Shown piece by piece: positions 58,580-64,000 of a DNA stretch of 64,000 nucleotides. The notes beneath the pieces were generated by a model, which made no database searches, was not told where the DNA came from, and saw only the letters and a list, made by a program, of their open reading frames with translations. The translations under genes were made by a program, and so were the position numbers. The stretch lies in IMG/VR virus record IMGVR_UViG_3300043093_000048, positions 160,001-224,000 of that record. The stretch is one strand, 5' to 3'. Each line of letters starts with the position of its first letter. Position 1 is the first letter of the stretch. The stretch comes from a virus (taxonomy: Duplodnaviria; Caudoviricetes).

Positions 58580-60055
58580 ATGCCAGATAGTTTTACTGAT
58601 ACTTCTTCAGCTTTTGAAGGTACTGACTTAGAAACTGAAGGTTATGAAACTTTTTATTCAGAAGATAGTGAACATTCTAATGTTATTGACACTACTGATA
58701 CTCAAGATTCAGAAGGTCTTACGACAACTGGACAAGCTATGTCTTCTCATATGGTAACAACTTTAACAGGTTCAACATTTAAGGGTATGGTATATGGTTA
58801 TGATAATAAAGTATTTGGAATGCCTTATAAATATACAACTTTAGCAGATCCTTTAGCTAGAGTTTATCAATCTACTTTTGAATCAGATAATACTTGTATA
58901 GCATTTATTAAATTTGGAACACCTAATATTAATAGACTTTTATATCAAAAAATGTCAGCCGATACTACTGATGCTGAAAATTCATCATTTGGTATTGGCT
59001 CTAGTATCATGCTAGGACTTAGATCTGCAGTAGACCCTGAGCATAAAGCCACGGATCAAAATTTAATTTCTTTTCATGAAGATATGTCTGAATTTATGAA
59101 ATATGCTTCATCTTCATTATCACAAGTTTATACATTATTAGACCTTCCAGGTTATTTCTCAGCAGATGATTCTTGGGATGTTTTTAATGATAATGGTTTT
59201 GCTTTTTATTGTGTAAAAACTGGTTCCTTTCAAGAAGGTGTTTCAAATACTTATACTGAACCATCTATTATTTCAAGTATGAATGGTAAAGCTGCTGAAA
59301 TGAGAGAAAATTATCAGTTATATGGTACTTATGGAAATGTAAATACTGGTGGCTCAGCTACAAGTTGGTTAAATAATATTGCTACAGGTTTAGTTGAAAA
59401 TATTACAAATGCTATTGCAAGTCTTCCAATTGTTGGTTCTGTAGCATCTGTATTCATGACAACCAATAAAGGTTCTATGTCATATTATGGAAAAATATGG
59501 TCTGATTCTAAATCAGATAGATCAATATCAATGTCATTTAAATTTAGAACACCATATGGTAATAAATATGATATATTTAGAAATGTATTATTTCCATTTT
59601 TATTATTACACACAGCTTCAATCCCTAAACAAGATGGTAGATATAGTTATCAAGAACCTTTTATGATACAAGTAGATTTTCCAGGATGGTTTAGAGTAAA
59701 TTGTGGTGTAATTACTAATTTATCATGGGTCAAAGGTGGAGATAATCAACTATGGAATAGTGATGGATTACCATTAGAATTAAGTGTAACAATGGCTATT
59801 GAAGATTTATATCCTATTGAATTATCTTCAAAAAATATGACTGTTATTGCTTATAATTATGGTTTATTATCATTTCTAGAAAATTTAGCAGGATTAACTA
59901 CAAGTGAATGCTCATCCTTCTTAGGTGATGAAGCAATGGGTATTTATATAAAACAAAATTTAGCTAAATATGGCGGAACAATAGGTGGAACAATTCATTC
60001 TTATATGAATGCAGCATTCCGTAGATTTACAGGTAGTTCATTTATGGGTTTTTAA
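58580..60055 (+). CDS. Baseplate tube-like protein (T4 gp48/54-like)
   Basis: IWSDSKSDRSISMSFKF...GVITNLSW...DGLPLELSVTMAIEDL; follows tape-measure-like genes. Confidence 0.6.
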   Translation: MPDSFTDTSSAFEGTDLETEGYETFYSEDSEHSNVIDTTDTQDSEGLTTTGQAMSSHMVTTLTGSTFKGMVYGYDNKVFGMPYKYTTLADPLARVYQSTFESDNTCIAFIKFGTPNINRLLYQKMSADTTDAENSSFGIGSSIMLGLRSAVDPEHKATDQNLISFHEDMSEFMKYASSSLSQVYTLLDLPGYFSADDSWDVFNDNGFAFYCVKTGSFQEGVSNTYTEPSIISSMNGKAAEMRENYQLYGTYGNVNTGGSATSWLNNIATGLVENITNAIASLPIVGSVASVFMTTNKGSMSYYGKIWSDSKSDRSISMSFKFRTPYGNKYDIFRNVLFPFLLLHTASIPKQDGRYSYQEPFMIQVDFPGWFRVNCGVITNLSWVKGGDNQLWNSDGLPLELSVTMAIEDLYPIELSSKNMTVIAYNYGLLSFLENLAGLTTSECSSFLGDEAMGIYIKQNLAKYGGTIGGTIHSYMNAAFRRFTGSSFMGF

Positions 60056-60116
60056 ATAATATTAAAAATTATCAACTTTTAATTATTAATAAAAAAGAAA
60101 GGTGTGAATTTAAATT

Positions 60117-60731
60117 ATGTTTAGAATTCCTAGTAGTGCTTTACAGTACGAAAAATATATGAGATTATTAGAAGATGAACAACAAGCAGAAGATCCTAAT
60201 GCAACTCAAGATCCTAATGCTCAACAACCAATGGATGATCCTAATGCCCAGCAACAAGCAGAAGATCCTAATGCTCAACAACCAATGGATGATGGTACAC
60301 AAGGAGCAGGTGCAACTCAGCCATCAGGTATTGAAAATGCCCAAACACCAGAAGATGCTTATGAAGCAGGTTTAAAAGAAATTCAAAATACGATTGCTAC
60401 AACAGGTAGAAAAAGATATCAAAGATATAAATTAAATGGTGGTAAAGATAGTTGGGAAATATTTAGAAAAAATCTTGAAGATTCTTTAAAGCAAGAACTT
60501 GAAGATGATTGTAAAGAGATGTATGGATATAACCCAGGAAAAACTACTGAAAAAGATATTTTATTAATGATTAAGAATGGTATAGATCAATTAAATCAAG
60601 CTATGCAAGCAGGTATGGCACAGGATCAGCAACAAGCAGAAGATCCTAACGCACAACAAGCTATGCAAGAAGCATATGATTATATTGCTGAAAGAAGTTA
60701 TAGAAATTATATGAGAAAGAATAGATTCTAA
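60117..60731 (+). CDS. Putative head protein with QQAEDPNA repeats
   Basis: RLLE/D, RYQRYKLNGGKDSWEIF; late promoter 60074-60085. Confidence 0.6.
   Translation: MFRIPSSALQYEKYMRLLEDEQQAEDPNATQDPNAQQPMDDPNAQQQAEDPNAQQPMDDGTQGAGATQPSGIENAQTPEDAYEAGLKEIQNTIATTGRKRYQRYKLNGGKDSWEIFRKNLEDSLKQELEDDCKEMYGYNPGKTTEKDILLMIKNGIDQLNQAMQAGMAQDQQQAEDPNAQQAMQEAYDYIAERSYRNYMRKNRF
60179..60294 (+). repeat. Coding tandem repeats (GATCCTAATGC units)
   Basis: QQAEDPNA/QQPMDD units; further copy near 60627-60660. Confidence 0.75.
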
Positions 60732-60747
60732 TAAGGAGGTAATTAAA

Positions 60748-61962
60748 TTGTTTACCACTTATATGAATGAAAATATTTCTTTAACTGAAGAAATATATCC
60801 TATATTTATTTTACTAACAAGAGGAAAAAGTATTATTAGTGGACCAATTAGTAAAATAACTAAATCTCCTTTTACACATTGTTCAATAAGTTTAGATCCT
60901 AAACTTAGATATTTCTATAGCTTTAATTTTTTAGATAAATTTAATCGAGGTTTTGTAAAGGAAACTAGACAAAGCTTAACAAAAAATACAAATTCAACTA
61001 ATATTTCAGTATTTTTTGTTAATAAAGTAATATATAAAAATATTAATAGAAATCTTAAATTTTTTAGTGATAATAAGGATAAAACTAAATATAGTTTTAA
61101 GAGATTATTTGAAGCAGCTTTTAATAAAGGAAAAGAAAAAAATCCTTATGAACAAGTATGTTCTTCATTTGTATACTCTATATTGAAAAATGCAGGTGTA
61201 CAATTAGCTCCAGATAATATAAAATGTGTAAAACCTTCTGATATAGCAAAAACAGTAATTAACAATAATAAATATATCTATGAAATTTTTGATGGTCCAA
61301 TATTAGATTTAAATACAGATGATATTACATTAAAAATAGAAAAATTAAAAAACTCTTCTAAATCTAGATTATATAATCAAGATAAAATAGTTTTAGAAGA
61401 AAGCATCCATCCAGAAACTGTTGATCGTTCTAATTATGATAACTTTACTTTATATGGTTTATTTCATATTTATACTACTAATTTTTCTTTAAGAAACGAT
61501 CCAAAATTTTTAGAGAATATGAAATGGGTTAAAGAACGTATAGAAGAAATTTGTAAAATGGCTGGATGGATAGCTTTTCCTTATGAATTAACTTTATGTG
61601 ATACTTTTGATGATTTAAATGTATTTTATAATTATGAAGCTCCTATATGGGTAACAGGATTTACATATGGTGATAAAGTATATATGAAAGCACCAAATAT
61701 TTATCCAGGTACTCTCTATTATAATGTAGTATTACATGAATGTATACATGTTCAAATATATTTAAATGAAAAAGTTAAAGGAAAATTTATTAGTAGAGAA
61801 GATGAAGAAGGAATGGCAGTTTTCTTTAGTACACCATTGGATGTTTGGCTTAGAGAACTTAATCACGGTCCAAATTGGTATTATTATGAAAGTTCTATAA
61901 GAGTTCAAGATGATTTTATGCGTGGTGGAATGGAATATGTTAAAGAAAAACGATTTATTTAA
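60748..61962 (+). CDS. Permuted papain-like (YiiX-type) domain fused to a HExxH metallopeptidase
   Basis: SPFTHCSISLD...QVCSSFV; VLHECIH...EEGMAVFF. Confidence 0.65.
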   Translation: MFTTYMNENISLTEEIYPIFILLTRGKSIISGPISKITKSPFTHCSISLDPKLRYFYSFNFLDKFNRGFVKETRQSLTKNTNSTNISVFFVNKVIYKNINRNLKFFSDNKDKTKYSFKRLFEAAFNKGKEKNPYEQVCSSFVYSILKNAGVQLAPDNIKCVKPSDIAKTVINNNKYIYEIFDGPILDLNTDDITLKIEKLKNSSKSRLYNQDKIVLEESIHPETVDRSNYDNFTLYGLFHIYTTNFSLRNDPKFLENMKWVKERIEEICKMAGWIAFPYELTLCDTFDDLNVFYNYEAPIWVTGFTYGDKVYMKAPNIYPGTLYYNVVLHECIHVQIYLNEKVKGKFISREDEEGMAVFFSTPLDVWLRELNHGPNWYYYESSIRVQDDFMRGGMEYVKEKRFI

Positions 61963-61968
61963 ATAATT

Positions 61969-62931
61969 ATGAAAGAGATGATTAATATGAATTATATAAT
62001 TAAACAATATAAAATCCTTTCAGAATGTTATAGTAACCCTAATTTTTCAACTAAAGTATATTTAAGATTAATTAATGAAAATCCTAATTTAAATATTAGT
62101 CCTGAAGATTTTGATTGTATGATAGATGATATGTATAATAATTTTCTTAATGAAAATGCAGAATATATTGATGAATTTTTTTACTATAATGAAGGATTTT
62201 TTGGGAATATTGCTGAAAAAACTAAAAATATGGCTGGAAAAACTAAAAATAAATTTAGTGAAGTAAATCAAAAAAGAAAAGAAAAAATGGAAGAAAAGAA
62301 AAATGGAAGAAAAGAAAGAAAAGAAGAAAAGAAAAATGAAAGAAAACAAAGAAAAGAAGAAAGAAAAAATACTAGTAAAAAAATTAGTAAATCCGCTTCA
62401 AATATTGAAGAAGTTACAAATACTGCTAAAAGTGTTGCTAATAAAGCTGATAGTACTATGGATGATGTAAAAGGTGTAGCTTCTAATGTTAGATCGGCTA
62501 CTGGTAAAGTAAATAGAGCTATGGATGATGTAAAAGGTGTTACTGATAAAGCTAATAATACTATGATTAATGTTCAGAATGCTTCTTCCGATGTTAAGAA
62601 AGTAACTAGAGATGCTGCTGAAATAACTAATGATGTAAATAAACGTTATAAAAATGCTACAAAGAAAATAGACAACACTAAGCAAAATATTAAGAAAAAT
62701 GGTAAAAAAGTAGCAATAGGTGGTGCTGCTGTTGGTAGTGCAGCAATTGCTACTAAAATTATTTTAGATAAAAAAGATAGACAGAGATATAATGAATGGA
62801 AGGCTAAACATAAATCTAAGAGAGAATTAGTTACATTTAAACAATGGAAAGATTTAGGAAAGCCATTAAATGAAGATTACATTCAAGGTTATAATGATGC
62901 TATTGAATATTTAAATAATTTAGATTATTAA
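61969..62931 (+). CDS. Putative head protein with amphipathic repeats
   Basis: YYNE/G, AMDDVKGV repeats, GGAAVGSAAIA helix, C-terminal YIQGYNDA. Confidence 0.6.
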   Translation: MKEMINMNYIIKQYKILSECYSNPNFSTKVYLRLINENPNLNISPEDFDCMIDDMYNNFLNENAEYIDEFFYYNEGFFGNIAEKTKNMAGKTKNKFSEVNQKRKEKMEEKKNGRKERKEEKKNERKQRKEERKNTSKKISKSASNIEEVTNTAKSVANKADSTMDDVKGVASNVRSATGKVNRAMDDVKGVTDKANNTMINVQNASSDVKKVTRDAAEITNDVNKRYKNATKKIDNTKQNIKKNGKKVAIGGAAVGSAAIATKIILDKKDRQRYNEWKAKHKSKRELVTFKQWKDLGKPLNEDYIQGYNDAIEYLNNLDY

Positions 62932-62932
62932 A

Positions 62933-62971
62933 ATAATTAGAGTAAACAGAATATTCTGTTTACTCTAATTT
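62933..62971. terminator. Bidirectional terminator
   Basis: AATTAGAGTAAACAGAA/TTCTGTTTACTCTAATT. Confidence 0.8.
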
Positions 62972-62973
62972 TA

Positions 62974-63282
62974 TTATTTATTAAGATTCTTTAAAGCTTC
63001 AATTGTAGAATCTGGAACAGTCATATCATTATCAATACCTGCTGATAATAATAAAGTACTAACTGTATTTAAAGTTTGTTTCTTAGAAATATCATTTGGA
63101 AGATCTTTCATATATACATAACCTTGCTTAGATATTTCTTTATACATATAAGCTTTAGCATCGGCACTATCTGCTCTTGGACCTAAAAATTCTTTTAAAC
63201 AAATAGGATCTTCTTTATATGATAATAAAGAATAGGACTCTGAATCGCTGATTCGAGCGATTTTATCATCTGATGTAACCTG
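62974..63282 (-). CDS. Virion RNA polymerase beta C-terminal subunit (phiKZ gp149-type), last exon (not in ORF track)
   Basis: QVTSDDKIARISDSESYSLL...LKEFLGPRADS ~ RpoB QRFGEMEVWAL...LQEMLTVKSDD. Confidence 0.8.
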   Translation of the reverse strand, partial: QVTSDDKIARISDSESYSLLSYKEDPICLKEFLGPRADSADAKAYMYKEISKQGYVYMKDLPNDISKKQTLNTVSTLLLSAGIDNDMTVPDSTIEALKNLNK

Positions 63283-63683
63283 CTTTTTTATTTAGACTAT
63301 ATCTTCAACTGTAATAACAGTTGTCTCCTGTTTCCATTTAAGGGATTTTCACCCACTATAAAAGCCGTACTCTTATTGCTTATTTCAAAGCTACTCACAA
63401 ATAAAATTATTATTTATTTGCTTTCAGATAGTCGTTGAACGTTTATCTTAAGACTTCTTAAGATACTTCGCTGCTGATTAACCATTATTTCAAAGTACTT
63501 AGGATCTTAAACTTTCATTTAAGACTTTTATTTCACCATATACTATCTTAACTATTTTTTCTGTCTTTCGACTGCATTCACACTTAGAGTTACCTCTTAT
63601 GTTGTAGCTAGTTAAGCTTTAGGAACTTCCAGCAATTAAGGAGATAAAACCACTATATCACTATAATGGCTGAGCCAAAGTTA
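63283..63683 (-). mobile_element. Group I intron 3 (ORF-less, 401 nt)
   Basis: P1 GGGT/GCTC with U.G; P10 TAACTTTG/CAGGTTA; AATTGCTGGAAG, TCAGCAGCGAAG, TTCAACGACTA, AAGATATAGTCT; terminal G; in-frame KTG|QVT. Confidence 0.88.
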
Positions 63684-64000
63684 ACCCGTTTTCATATTAC
63701 GTTTATTTATATCTAAACTATAAGTATTCTTTTTGCTAAGCATCTGCTGTAGTCTTCTTAAGTTTATATATAAAATAGGAACTTTATATCTAGTTCTTAT
63801 TGGATTTTCTTCATGACCATCATGTCTATAATAAAGATATTCTTCAGTAGGAACTTTAAGATAATCTAAAGCTTCTTTACAATCTTTAATTCTAGGACAA
63901 TTTTTATTAGGCAATACTTCAAGATAAAAATTCTTCTTATCATCTAAAATAAGATCTTTAATATATTTATCAAATTTCTCATCTGACATTGATTTAAATA
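63684..64000 (-). CDS. vRNAP beta C-terminal subunit, upstream exon (frame open to the window edge)
   Basis: VPILYINLRRLQQMLSKK ~ RpoB VTVGYMYMLKLNHLVDDK. Confidence 0.75.

Noticed and set aside
60179-60294. Short direct repeats resembling a mini CRISPR array
   Set aside because: In-frame coding repeats with no unique spacers and no cas genes.

Overview
AT-rich (roughly 25% GC by eye) segment of a jumbo myophage of the phiKZ/AR9(PBS1)-like type, probably infecting a Gram-positive (Firmicutes) host. It carries three subunits of a virion-type multisubunit RNA polymerase: a large beta-N gene split by two group I introns around a 54-nt micro-exon, a small beta-C gene with a third group I intron, and a beta'-C fragment. 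Also present are GyrB/GyrA, a GroEL-like chaperonin, a Dda/RecD-like helicase, tRNA-Tyr, three zinc-ribbon homing endonucleases, an orphan HicA, baseplate/tail genes (gp6-, gp25-, gp26/51-, gp5-OB- and tube-like) and two paralogous >2200-aa tail proteins loaded with cell-wall hydrolases. Intergenic regions carry phiKZ/AR9-like early (TATATTAT) and AR9-like late (AACW-N6-TA) promoter motifs. The most striking observation is that one C39-like cysteine protease appears split in trans between the two giant tail paralogues (Gln/Cys half in one, His/Asp half in the other). Several domain boundaries, including both ends of each protease half, are marked by G-x-G / KYGxG motifs, suggesting a heteromer-activated self-processing lysin polyprotein system. 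All assignments come from motif recognition by eye; no database searches were run.
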